A stretch of DNA of 64,000 nucleotides from Lama glama. Its lineage: Eukaryota. The position numbers were made by a program, and so were the translations under genes. This document shows positions 42,620-54,886 of this stretch, piece after piece. Within the stretch, counting starts at the first letter, position 1, and the number at the start of each line of letters is the position of its first letter. The stretch is from positions 27,406,001 through 27,470,000 of the forward strand of contig CM052817.1 of assembly GCA_028534125.1 (NCBI GenBank). The letters run 5' to 3'. Under the pieces are notes generated by a model. It did no database searches, was not told the origin of the DNA, and saw nothing but the letters and a program-made list of their open reading frames with translations.

Positions 42620-43020
42620 CTCCTTACTACCAGCAGAGCCTAGTTTTATGAAAAAGCCTCCTATGAGATGCCTTGTCTGAGGTCTCTAGAGCATATAGTC
42701 CTCATAATAAACTTGGCTCTTTCCACTTGGACAATAGCAAAGCGGTTGGTCTTATTGCTGGCGCTTTTTACATGACAATAACTCATCCGTCTATTGGGCT
42801 GGCACTGGGGAACTGAGCTGTCCAACCTCCCTATCATTGATTCCTGCATCTCTAATTAGAATTTAATACCACACCATTACGCACTGAGCCCCTGATCCTC
42901 CCTTCTAACCAGCTCCCTGCCCTTTAATTCAATCACACTACTTGGAAATAATGAAAGTTGGGTGACGATTCTCCCTGATCCAATTTCCCCGAGCTTTTAA
43001 GCCTTTTTAACTGATCATAT
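42620..43020 (-). promoter_or_regulatory. PHOX2B proximal promoter
   Basis: TATA-like CATAAAA (-) at 42644-42650, CCAAT (-) at 42793-42797, paired-type homeodomain sites TAATTCAATCA (42925-42935) and TGATCCAATTT (42976-42986). Confidence 0.65.
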
Positions 43021-44889
43021 ACCTTAGGCATAAATTGAGATAGTGTGTGTATTTCCCTCCTTCTTCCTTCTCCCTCTCTCTCTCTCTCTGTCTCTCTCTT
43101 TCTTGGTTAGGGAGAAGAAACCTTGATGTCATAGAAAACCTGTTTTGTAAGAGCGTTACACGCTCAATTTAACAACAAGCCTACCCCCCGAAGTGCATGA
43201 AATGTTATAAAGGACTGGGACATTGGCAAGACTCAGGCGCCCTGTAACATGGAGTAAGTGGGCCAAGGGGGTTTATGAGAACGATAAGCGGATTTCTTTA
43301 AAATACACCTGGTAGAGGGGATTTTTTAAAAAGCATCTTATAAATTGCATTTCTTGTCGCGGCTTAATGTGCTTTTCTAGAGACTCCGCTTACACAGCCA
43401 TTTAGAAAATACAAGAACATCCGAGTAAAGCTCTTGAATGTAAAACATCTGGATTCTCAACCCATGGCTTCTTTGCGCTATGTTCCGTTTTTTTCTGCAT
43501 TGGCGCGAGATTTGCATTTTGTTGGTTTGTGTGGTTGTTGGTTTTAATTGCACTGCTTAACTGGCAAGCAGGCATGAAGTGTCCCCGACTGTGTCTCCTC
43601 TTCCCTCCCTCTCCTGCGCTCTCCCTCTTTTTTCACCTCCGCTTTTTTCAGGTGCCCACAGTTCCCTAAAGACCGGAAGCTTCAGAAAGAGGATTGCTGT
43701 CTGCTGCCGTTTAGGTTTGCTGACTGCAGCGAGCGAAATCCTTGCTCTTTAAATGCCCAGGCTCCAGGTCGGGGACTTTTCTTGTCCAACTCCCCAGGCT
43801 CTTGGGTGCTGGCAGCGAGGCACAGACAAAGAAATGAGCCATGATTTGTGGACCTCGGTGGCCCCATGATTTAAGCAGAGGGTAATTTTCATTTGGTTCG
43901 TTACGCTGTAGCAGAATAAGGGAAACTATTTCATTAAATCCTTCCTCTCGGTGGACAAGAGGAGGAATGCTTAGTCGAATCGCCGTGTGGTGTAAACAAA
44001 CCCTGGATATTTTATATGAATTAAATGTGTAGATAATTAGTTTTATTGCATTCATTACCCCCTTTATGTGCTCTGTAACAAGTCAGTAATTAAAGTAACA
44101 AACTCATAAAGTCTTTATAGGGGCATTTAGGCGTTCAGTGTTTGCCAAACTAAGTGGTTTAATTCGATGCTAGTGCCGGGGAGTGGATGGGCGCCCGCTC
44201 TCCACTGCCACTGTGTTTTATTGCGCACTAAACTGCAGCGGACGCGGTAATGGATTAAACAGGGACAGCGGCCCCCCAGCCTCGTGCTTCTCTGCGGGGT
44301 GAGTTTCAGGCTGGTTTCAGGTGATGGCGCGTCCTTTGCACGTGAGGAAGCACTAAAGTGCAGGCAGCCGGACTCGCGGAGGAGCCTGGTGATAGTTTTA
44401 TGGGGAGGGCTGATAGTTTTATTGCAGTTGTATGTTGTACAATGCGTATTTGATAAAGAAGGGCCCTTGGCGACCAGTGTGCACTTTTTTGTGCACGGGG
44501 GTGAAATGAAAATAAATGTGTACAAGGTTTTACTGCGGCGGGAAACAAATTGCAACGCTCTAAATGGTTTTTCTTTATGGTCACCAGACAAGAGGAGAAA
44601 AGAGATGCAAACATCTGTCTTCAGTCCCCTATACCTAAAGGCCAGCAAAGACGGATGAGAATCCAAGTGTTATTACAGTGGGGATTTGTCTTTATTTATC
44701 CTGCTCTCATGAATATGAATCTGCATTTGGACCGGGAGGTAGTTGTGCCCCTTTGGATGCTACACATAGACTTTCCCCACCCTGACTTATCCCCACCCTT
44801 AAGGGAGGTGGGGGACAGATTGTCAAGCACAAGGCTGCAATTGTCCAAGTTGCTCGAATCCCTCGGACTTTTCAGAGGTGCTTTCTGGC

Positions 44890-46100
44890 TCTCCTAACGC
44901 GACCCCGTTGCTCCAGGCCCACATTCGAGGGATGCGGATGCCGGGAGCACAGGCCGCTAGCCCGCTCCTCCCGCTTACGTGGAGTTTAAGCGTTTTTCTT
45001 TGCAGAAGAGTGTGACATGGAGGGGATGCATTCTGGCTTTAAGACTCACGCTTGGCAATAACCAGGCTCACATCCCTCTTGGCGCCCTCGCCTGGGTGCA
45101 CGCGAGGTTGTATCTCTGCTGGGTAAAGAGCGCGCGCGCTCCGCCCAGGAAGCTCGATCCTAGCCCCGCGTCGCTGCTCCGCGCCCGGGCCCGGCCCTAA
45201 GCCAGATCCGAGTATGGGGCAATTGCTCTTTGGGTCCTAATTTGCAGACAGTCTCCAGGTCCCATGGGGGAGGAGACGGACCGCGAACCTGGAGTGTGCT
45301 GGGAGCGCGGAGGAGCAGGGTTTATCTTGGCAGCTTTTGAGGAGGGCTCCTCGGTGAAGGTGTTGAACATTGGGATTCAGTCGGTGCCTGGAGGCAATTC
45401 TTGTGCCCAGTGGCGCTTGGCGTGGGGAGTACGGTGTGCAGCTCAGGAGAGCTGGGTGTTGAACAGGCGTGGGAGGTGGTGACCCGGGGAGAAGCCGAGG
45501 AGCAAGGGGAGGACTGCTGAGAGGTGAGGGCTAGGGAAGTGCGAGGCCGCAGGGGGCGCCCGAGGGAACCGGCAAGGGGCCGGCCTATACGCTGCCAGCG
45601 TAGGGCACTGCCTCGCGCTCTCCGCGGTCCCACAGCCCGCCCGGGGCCCGGTCTTTCCCCGCCCTGCGATCTCGGGTTCCCACCGGCCTCGACTACCCGC
45701 TTCCTCTGACCACGGCGCCATCCGTCTCCCAGGTGCCCGGCTGGACCCCGGCCTCTCTCCAGGCGCCCCCTGGTGCCTGGCCTCGCCGAGTCGGGGTGGC
45801 GTGCGCCTCCTTCTCTTGGTACCGGGAGACCTTTCAGCGCCGGACCGCATGGTCCGATGAACAAATGCGCTTGACTTCATTTTACCCTTTGTAGGCCTTG
45901 TAGGTTTATTTTGTTCGGTGTCACTGTCCCTCTCTTCACCCCACCCCCCACCATCCCTGGCCCATCGTGTCCGCCGGTCTTTTGTGGCTCGAGGTCCTGC
46001 TTCTGCTCCGAAGATGAAAGGCGTGCCGGGCTGGGCCAGGCCGGAGCCCCAGCCCCAGCGCCCTGTTTTGTTCCAGTTGTGCTTTCTACACGCGAGCTCT
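44890..46100. promoter_or_regulatory. Upstream CpG island
   Basis: GC- and CpG-dense, no coherent protein; ~2.4-3.6 kb upstream of the PHOX2B ATG. Confidence 0.75.
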
Positions 46101-48849
46101 CCCCTAAAAGTTGTACCAAATGGTTAATTTAATTATTCCAACTATAGACCAACTGCTTCAGCAGCCTCCACCACGCGTCTGGGAGGAAAAAAGAAACCAT
46201 CTATAAGAAATAATCTAATAAAAGTGAAGTGTAGAAAAACCCCTCCTGATTTTCAACCGGCACAAATAGAATTAGAGCTTCAGCATCCTTTTCCCAAACA
46301 GACCTTTTGTCCAGATCACAACTTCAGCCAACCAGCAATGTGTACAGTGCCCACTATTTATTTTAATAGAGGCGGTGGGTAGCGAGATGGATTGATAGAT
46401 AAATGGCCACATGGATAGATGGATGGTTTGATCCATCTTCCTCTGACTTCTCTTTCTTAATATGTGTACACGGCTGATTTTTTTCCCTGCTGATTTTCTG
46501 AATCAATAATGGAGAAGCAATGCTATGTGGTAAAGGGGTGGGGGGAGGCCATTTAAAGCACAAAAAGGGGAAGAGACTACCAGCATATATACCATGAGAA
46601 AAAAAGATGTTTACATGCTACCCTGTACCAAATGAAAAAGGTTGAAAGTTTAAAAGAAACTTTTCTTTCCTTTTCTTTGCCATTCATAGGAGGGTTTCTT
46701 TTTCTTCTTTTTTCCCTTGAAAGTCAGAAAGAATGTTAGAAGACAAGGAAACAAAACAGCAAACAAAATGCCATTGTATTGTAGTAGCAATTCATGGGAA
46801 AATGCTTGTCAGCCTCCTAATGCCTCACTCCTAGGAGGCTGTTTTACCACAGGCGAAGCACAATAACATGGGAATGAATAAAATATTAAATACCAGTGAG
46901 AGTTTCAGAGGAATTTTCTTTTTCATTGCTTTATTTGATGCTGCATCCGAATTATCCCAGCACAGCAAGACCACTGCTTGCCAAAGGCTCAACTCAGAAC
47001 CAACAGTTCTCTCAACTAGAGAACTAAAAGACAAATTTGTCCTTAAGTTTCTCCAAAAAGATTTCTGCAGGCAGCAGTCTTTCGCATTCACCTGCACTTA
47101 AAAAAATAACCTAGATGGGATTTATTGAGACACTATTTCCCCAGAACATAAAGGAAGCCAGTCACAGCATCCCCAAGCATGAAGATCCACTGATACAGAC
47201 ATTCTCCTAGCATTTTAGAATTTTTACCACGTTTTCCATTTGCCTAGCAGCCATAATACACAGGTTTCATATTAGAAACTTTCTGTGTTTCTGGTAACTA
47301 AACCTGGCACTGTGAGACAATTATTAACCGATTGACAATAGTGTATGCAAAGTAATTAACACAGTGCTTGGCACCTGGAAAGAATTCAGTGAATTTTAGC
47401 CACCAGACCAGTATTGTGATAATGATGATGGTGGTGGTGGTGGTGGTAGAGTCTCCTTGAATTGCATGTTAAATACTTGACTTTGGAATTTAGATGGTGC
47501 ATGGACAATGTCTTTTCTGTTGTATATTTATAATGCATGTGGAAGAGGGTGGACAAATCAGAAAGCATGCTCTAAAACAACAAATGGGAGAAAATAAAGC
47601 AATCAGGCAGAAAACTTCCATCTTTTAAGAGTTCATCAGATGGCCTGTATGTATAAAAGTTAACTATGTGTTTTGTCTTACATTATGCACAGTACATACG
47701 CATGATTAAGGTGGTACTTTACTCTTGTATGTAAATATTGTATATTCAGGGTCGTTTCACTTTAAAAAGGTACTTGCCCTGGGTTAGCTGGGTGAGTTTG
47801 GGTTAGAGCTTTACTGCTACTCATAGAGCTAACTCACAGACGGTGTTTCTGTATTTGAATTAACTTTGGAGGCACCCCCATGTGTATCCTCTATATAGGT
47901 GATGGGGTGCAGATCCCCAGGATCCATCCTTTTAAGGACATCATCATGGGAGAGCCCAGGTCTGCTCCTCTCCTCCCCCACTCCATGCCGTGAGTAGCAG
48001 AAGGAGCTGCCTGTTACCTTTTTTGCTGGAGTTTAGCTAATAGTAGTAACATCTGCTGGGCTGGTGGTGGAGGAGACATGGGGTATTTGATCAGAGTCAC
48101 AGATGTAAAAGTGACATCTGCTTGTAACAAAGAAAGGAGAAACAAAATTAAATTAGGCAAGGAGGCCTCTCTGAGCCAAAAAAAAAAAAAAACCACTATT
48201 TGAAAAAGGAAGGAAAAAAATAATCATGCACCCTGACCAAGCTTGTAGGGTGAAGAAGAGGACTTGGGGAGAGGATCTGGATCTTCCAACCAGCAGCTGC
48301 CAGAATAACTGGAGTGGCAACATCCTAAGGTAGCAATATCCTGAGATCTTAAAAGCATCTTTTATGCTCCAAAGAAAAGAGTCAGGTAAGATTATCTTTC
48401 TCAGCTGAGCAATGCCTTGACCTTTGTAAGCATAGTATGGGTTGAGACATCATTTTCAGTTTGGAAACAGGAAGGAGGTAAGGCCAAAGCCTCTTGGGTT
48501 AATAACAACCCAGTATAATTTGGGCAGAAACAGATTTTCGTTTCATAGCTATATTAAAACCCCTACTGCCAGCTACTAAGAATGAGTCGCTTTTTACTGG
48601 GCTTAGAGGACTGTATTTGGCAGTTAGAACCTACATGGTTCCTGAAATAGGGCTCAGTTGGGAGGGGGGTGGCATAGAGAGTCCATATGCACAACACCCT
48701 CCCAACCTCTATGCTAGCAAACCACAAGTGGTATGAAGGGCCATCCTTTTTTCCCTCTATAATGATCTCTAAAATTTCTCCAAGTGGAACAGGTTATGAT
48801 AGCGTTATATAAACTAATTTCACAGTTATAACAGAAACCCCTGGACAAG

Positions 48850-50090
48850 ATTCCATCAACTTTCTGCTTCCCGACCTACAAACCCATCCTGCTTCTCTGT
48901 TGTTCCCACTGCTCGCAGGATGGATGCCTATTTCCACCTGCAGCCAGCCCCTTGCAGTGCCTGGCCGAGGACCTTCCCCAAGTCTTCTCCCTGGAGCCTC
49001 AAATCCTCATGCTCACCTGGACGTATCCTGTTGTCATCTAAACTTGCTCAAGCTACTCTCCTACTAATAGCCCATCAGTAAACACTGTGTTCTTCCTTGG
49101 CTGCACTCCCCATCACCACCACTTACCTCCCTTCTCCCCTTTACAGCCAAACGTCTTGGAGGAGTTGTCTCTTCTCACCGTCTTTATTTCTTTACTTCTC
49201 AACTCTGTAGCCTCTTCCAAAATGGCTTCCACCACCCTCGCACGAAATAAACATTTCTCGTTAAGATCACCAGATCCACTGGGGATTTTCCAGGCCTTAA
49301 CTTCCTTGAATGTTTAGGTTGCTTAAGGCTGTTTAACAAATATTTCCAGTTCTCCCCATCACTAGGCATGCAGGAGGACTTCACTTCCCTATACTCTAGA
49401 AGTTAGATGTGGCCATGTGACTTTGGCTAATGAAAGGTGAATGGAAGTATAAAGTGTGATGTCCAGGTGGACTCGTTAAGAGCTGGTTTCCAGTCTCTAT
49501 CCTCTCCCTTTTGTCCTGTTTAATGGCAGCTGACAGAACCCCAGATGGTGGCTACTTTGTTAGCCTGAGTTCTAGGGTGAGGATGACATGGAGAAGAGGT
49601 CTCAGCAGACCCATAATGGACATATAGTTTCTCAGGAAATAGAAGGATTCTGGAAGAGGTGACATCCTTTATGCTGGGTACTAAAGGGTGAGTAGGAGTG
49701 AGCAAAGAAAATGGTGGTGATGTGGGAAAGGAGGAAATTGTAGGCGAGGAATCAGTGAAAGTTGAACTCCAAAGCCAGAGAGAGCATGGAGTGTTTGGAA
49801 AATCTACAAATAGTTTGATTTAGTTTTCTGTTAGAAGGAGGCGTGGGGGTGGGCAAACAAAGAAGGATGTGATGAGAGAAGAGAGGCTAGACAGGAAGCA
49901 GGTCCCACAGGACTCGGGACACAGTGGAATGTGATTTGGGAGGGAAGAAATGGGGGATCAGGGAAGTCGAGAGATAAATTAGGGGGCTGTGGCCCTACTG
50001 TAGGCAAGAAATGATGGATACATAAGCCAAGGGAAAAGCAATGTAGGACAAAGAGAATTAAAGGAATTCCATGAAGGTTACAGAAGTAGA
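48850..50090. mobile_element. Degraded L2 and MLT1-type fragments
   Basis: Pyrimidine-rich L2-like segment, agttagatgtggccatgtgactt..gctaatga MLT1 motif, purine-rich L2-like segment. Confidence 0.45.
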
Positions 50091-52281
50091 GTTCCAGGGC
50101 AGTCGGAGTACAGTATTCTGCCCAGTGCTGGGATTTCAGAGGGTCTAAGAGGATATCTCAGAACAAAAACTCTCCTATATATGCTGGCAAGATCTTCACT
50201 TCTGTAATGTGGGCCCAGAGATCCTTGGAAACACACTTACTTCTCTGGGTCTGGTAGCACGTGATACGATCAACCATTCATTCATACATTCATTCAACCC
50301 ATATTTATCACATACCTGCTGTGTCCTAGAACTTCAGTGTAAAAGTGGTTCAGATGGTGTCTGGAAAGCTGACTTTGGAGATGGAGCAAACCCCAGGTCT
50401 GCAAGCTTCTGAGTGGAGATGAAGTCAATGGACCCAAGTCAGAGACCCCCATGGGGCAGCGTGGGGCAAAATGTGGGCACTGATTTTGCACAGTCCATTC
50501 CTGGGATGTCACTGCTCAAGCTTGGGAAAGACCTTAGTTACCTCAAGGATTGAAATAAGAGTTTGTGTGGTTCTTTTAAGTCCTAACATTCTGTTAACTT
50601 ATTTTTTTGGCCTGAAAACCTCCTCCTCATATATTTCTATGAAAGAACATAAGGGGCAGTGTGTTTAGAGGGAGATCAAAGGAGGTTGGGGAAACATGGA
50701 GACCAGGAGAGAGGAGAGGGATTGTCCTCTGCTGCTCCACCCTTTAGTTTAAGGGCTCAGGATTTTGTGTGCATTTCCCTCCTGGGTGTGTTTTCAAATG
50801 AAGATGCCAAGAGCCAGGTATCATGGAGAAGCACTGATGGTGGAGTAACGGGCATTTAGAAGTGAGGGCAGTGTTTGAGGTGGCGTCTCCCTACGTCGCT
50901 CCTGTCACACCTGGTAGTCATCCGTATCCTCCACCTACAAGGAAAGCCTGCCTAGTTCCTGGTAGTCAAAGGCTCTCTGTTGCCTCTGCCATACACAGAA
51001 TTAATTCTTTAACAACTCGAGTCAGCCCAGGGAGCCAGATGGGAGATGTTTGAGGAGCACAGGAGTCATCCACTGCTCAGCCTTGAACTACATAGAAAAA
51101 TGCTTGAGAATTCTAAAACTTCTAAAAAAGATTTTCCTTTCTGGGTTTTCAAAAGATCCTGTTGTTTTCATTTGTTTGTTTGTTTGTTTATATTATTTTT
51201 GTTTTATTTAGGAAGTTTGCGGGTTTGCCAGTAATATGCTGCAGCATCATGCATTTTAATGTGAATTTCAGCTGATTCAGAATTTAGAGGCAAATGTAAT
51301 CCGGTACTCAGGGACAGGCACCACGTGTCCTAGACCTCAGGAGCCAGAAGACAATAAAATGGTTACAGTGATGCATGTTTGTAGTATTTCCCCAGTTAGA
51401 TATAATGGAGAATATTAATTTTCTTTTTAAACACACAGCATTTCTTTGCTGTCTCTTTCCTTCTCATTTGTTTACTGGGGCAAGTTACACTGCAGCCCAG
51501 AGAATTATGAGCTGAGGGTTCTAATCACAAACTCACTGCTAGCTCTCCTGTTTATTCATAAACCTTCACCATTTGCGATTGGGCTTGGGGGAAAGGAGGA
51601 GGAAGAGAGGTTTTAGAGAAGAGGCAGGGAGGCTGCTAGGAGGGAAGTGGCACATAATAATGGACAAAACAGCACAGTGAGTCACACAAGAGACTACAGA
51701 GCAGAGGCCAACAGCTTTAACCCAAACCCCAGGGAAACCTCTTCAATGAACAGTGTTAACCGCTGAGAGGTGAGCCTCAAAGCACCAAAGAGCCCCAAGG
51801 CGGGGCCAAAGAGTGCCCTTCCAGAGACTGAGCTGAGGCCAGACTCGGCTTCGGCTTCGTGGGCTCGCCTTGGCCAGGCCCACGTTCCTGGGGTGGCCAT
51901 TGGGCATCAGTCTTCCCACCATCTGCTGAAACTCCCTGGTATCTGAGGGAGTCACAGATTCTGCCCCTTGCTTCTGTGCACCAAAAGGGGATGGCAAAAA
52001 CCCTCCTAGGGAGGCCAGTGACTGCCCTTGGGAGATGGGCAGGAGCGCGGACTGCACCCAGCAGAGTAAGCACCACAAAGTGGCCAGAGCTGGCCCTAGG
52101 TGCCCTCTTCCTGTTTTCAGTGTTCATTACTTTTTTTTCTTATTTCGAAGTACTTAAGATTTATAGAAAATGTTATGGCATGTATTCCTTAAAAAGAGAT
52201 AAATTAACCTTTTAATATAACTTTTTTTGTCTTTTTCTTCTACGTGTCAACAAATTTTTTAAAAAATATGAAGCATTCTCT

Positions 52282-52416
52282 GGGATAAAGCTATAGCTCA
52301 GTAGTAGAGCACATACTTACCACACATGAGGTCCTGGGTTCAATTCCCAGCACCTCCATAAAATAAACAAACAAACCTAATTACCCCCCCAAATAAAAAC
52401 AAAAAAATTAATAAGA
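52282..52416 (+). mobile_element. tRNA-derived SINE (camelid-like) with target-site duplication
   Basis: A box tagctcagtagtaga, B box ggttcaattcc, A-rich tail; flanks aaaaatatgaagcattctct / aaaaaatggaacgcattctct. Confidence 0.85.
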
Positions 52417-53199
52417 AAAAAATGGAACGCATTCTCTACAGACTGCTTTGTAACCTCCTTGCCTCCCTAAATTTGTATCATGAACATCTTCCGATTTCAT
52501 GAACTTTTCTTCTAACGTATTTTATGGCTGTGTGGTATTACATTGTGTAAGTCATAGTTTATTCAGTCAGCTCTGTTCTGTTGGACTTGCAGTTGCTGTT
52601 GATCATTAAACTGTATTAAAAGCACTGCTCTGGACACCCTGTTCACTAAATCTCCATGCATATCCACACGGCTTGCTTAGAGTTAAACCCTAAAAGTGGA
52701 ATTCCTTGATCAATGACTATATATTGTTAAAAAAAAGCTTTGGAGACATGTTGCAAAATTGCGTTCCAGGAAGGGGGTACTGGTTTATACTTGCAGAGCA
52801 GAATATGATAGTATCTATTTTCAGATACTCGCCAGCATTGTGCAGTACCAGTAAAAAAGTTTTGCCCACCCTCTTCTTACTGTGCTATTTTCGATGCAAA
52901 AGAGGAAAGCAGGGATAAGTAAATTTTAGGGATAACAGAAACCTACAAAAATAGAGTCAAAGTCCAGCTTTTATTTTAAAAATTAAAATCCAATGATGGC
53001 AAAGGGCCTTTTTCTTTTCTTTAGAACTAGATGATAAAAAAGGATACATTCACTACTTGGGACTGTTTTTTCTTTTTTTTTTTTTCATGTTGAGAAATGA
53101 TAAAGAAAGCTGAATAAAACTCAAATTTTAATTCTGTCTTTTCTGTCTAAGAGAATGGAAAGGACTAGCATGAACATTAGTGACAGGGACCAGAGCCCC

Positions 53200-53461
53200 G
53201 TGTGGTTAGAGTGGTTGTGGAGGGTCCTGCCCACTTGAGTAAGTTCTGCAGGATCTGTCCTGGGGGCCAGAGAGAACGCGCCAGTGACATCACCAAATGG
53301 TTGCTAGTGGTTTCTGTGGAACCACGAAGGATGAAAGAGCAATGAAAAGACTGCTCTTCTGGCAAACCCATAACTTTTCAGAAAAGGAAGGAACGTGGGG
53401 TCCAAAAACAGCAGACTGGTGAACTCAACAACAATTTCAGGCAAAATTCTAGATTGGATTT
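53200..53461 (+). mobile_element. CR1/L3 LINE fragment (5' piece)
   Basis: Translates like RLVNSTTISGKILDWI, resembling the CR1 RT motif YRPVSLTSIPGKILEQI. Confidence 0.55.
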
Positions 53462-54873
53462 AAAAAGTATTATGAAAATTTCCCACATATGAAGGAGAGA
53501 GAACAATATAAAGAAAGCATCACAAACGGCTCATCCAGACACAACACTCACCCACTCGTGGCCAGCCTTGTTCCTCCATCCCTCCGCACCCTCAACCCCA
53601 CCATTCTGACCCAGACAGCCTCCCTGACTTGGTGGCTGTGAGGCAAATCTAAGACACCGTATTATTTTCTCCTTAAATCTTTTAGTCTTATACCTAAAAG
53701 ATAAGGACATTTTCCCTAAAAATTCCTAACCACAGTGCCACCATCACACCAAAAATATTAACTATAAATTTCTTAATATCTTCAAATATCTAGTCTTCCA
53801 TTTTCCCTAATTGTCTTACAGAAGTTTTTTTTTTAAGTTGGTTTGTTTGAATGAGAATAAAAAAAAAAATTCCACACATTGCATTTGGTTTTCATGTCTC
53901 TATATTTGCTCTTGATCTACAGGTCCCTCCCTCCCTTTCTCCTTGCAATTTATTTTAGAGGAGCACGGGTTATATGTACTATAGAATTACCTGCATTCTG
54001 GATTTGGTTGATAGCCTCCCGTGGTGATGTTTAATCCTAACCCTTATTATTTCCTGGAAACTGGGAGTGGAATTTAGAGGCTTCATCAAATTCAGGTTTG
54101 AATCCTTTTTTAGCAAGGATACTTCCTGTTGCACCATATCCTTGCCTCTCTTTTTATAATGTCAAGTTTGATGTGTGGGGTTGGGGTATTATCAGCTGGA
54201 ACCGTTTATATAAAGTTCCCCAAGAGCTTTTTATCAAAAGATTTTAGCAGCCATTGATCAGCATTTCCTAGATTACATGAGTTTATTCGTTTAGGGGTTG
54301 CAAATGGTAATATCCTAATTATATTATTTTTTATTAATTTGTTAGCTAGAATATTTCTATAAAGAGGAAAAAAGCCTTCCTTTACCAATTATTGAGCACA
54401 TTAGATATGGTAAGGTACCGCAAGTTAAGGAAAATGCTGAATTCTTTCCCTTTATTCACCAGTTTTCAGAATAGCAAGTTTGTTCCCTGGTGTCCTTCAA
54501 AGACCATCAGTGGGGTTTTTTTTGTGTTTTGTTTTGTTTTATGGGTTTTTTAAAAAACACTTTTTTGTTTTGTTTTGCAGCATTATGGACTCATGGGTCT
54601 AAATATACTTTATATATTTTCTTTTTATTGCAGTATTTATTCTTATTTACCCTCAAATTATTCAAACTTGACCAATGGATGCCTCTTCAGTTTGGCTTCT
54701 CCGTTCTTTTGACAGGACCCTAATTGTCTTTGAGAGCTTCCTTGTAGCTGGTACAACAAGATGTCCCAGGCTTATCTTTAACACTTTTTGCCCAGACCTG
54801 GTATCAACTATTTCTTCAAGAATCCCTGGTCCTTATTAGTGGGAATTGGTATTTAGAGACCACATTACAGGTC
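53462..54873 (-). mobile_element. Old L1 (L1MC-like) inserted into CR1
   Basis: gtttgtttgaat..cacacattgcatttggtt, ttcttcaagaatccctggtcc..gtatttagagacca motifs; bounded by 13-bp direct repeat ctagattggattt. Confidence 0.65.
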
Positions 54874-54886
54874 CTAGATTGGATTT

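Noticed and set aside
42661..42849. 62-aa ATG ORF upstream of PHOX2B (possible uORF)
   Set aside because: Lies upstream of the TATA-like box at 42644-42650, so probably outside the main transcript; relevant only if a distal start site is used
44127..45880. ORFs of 115-180 aa upstream of PHOX2B
   Set aside because: No recognisable domains or exon structure; typical of GC-rich and regulatory DNA
52282..52360. tRNA-like sequence (also 59407-59480)
   Set aside because: A-rich tails, target-site duplications and broken stems show these are SINEs, not tRNA genes
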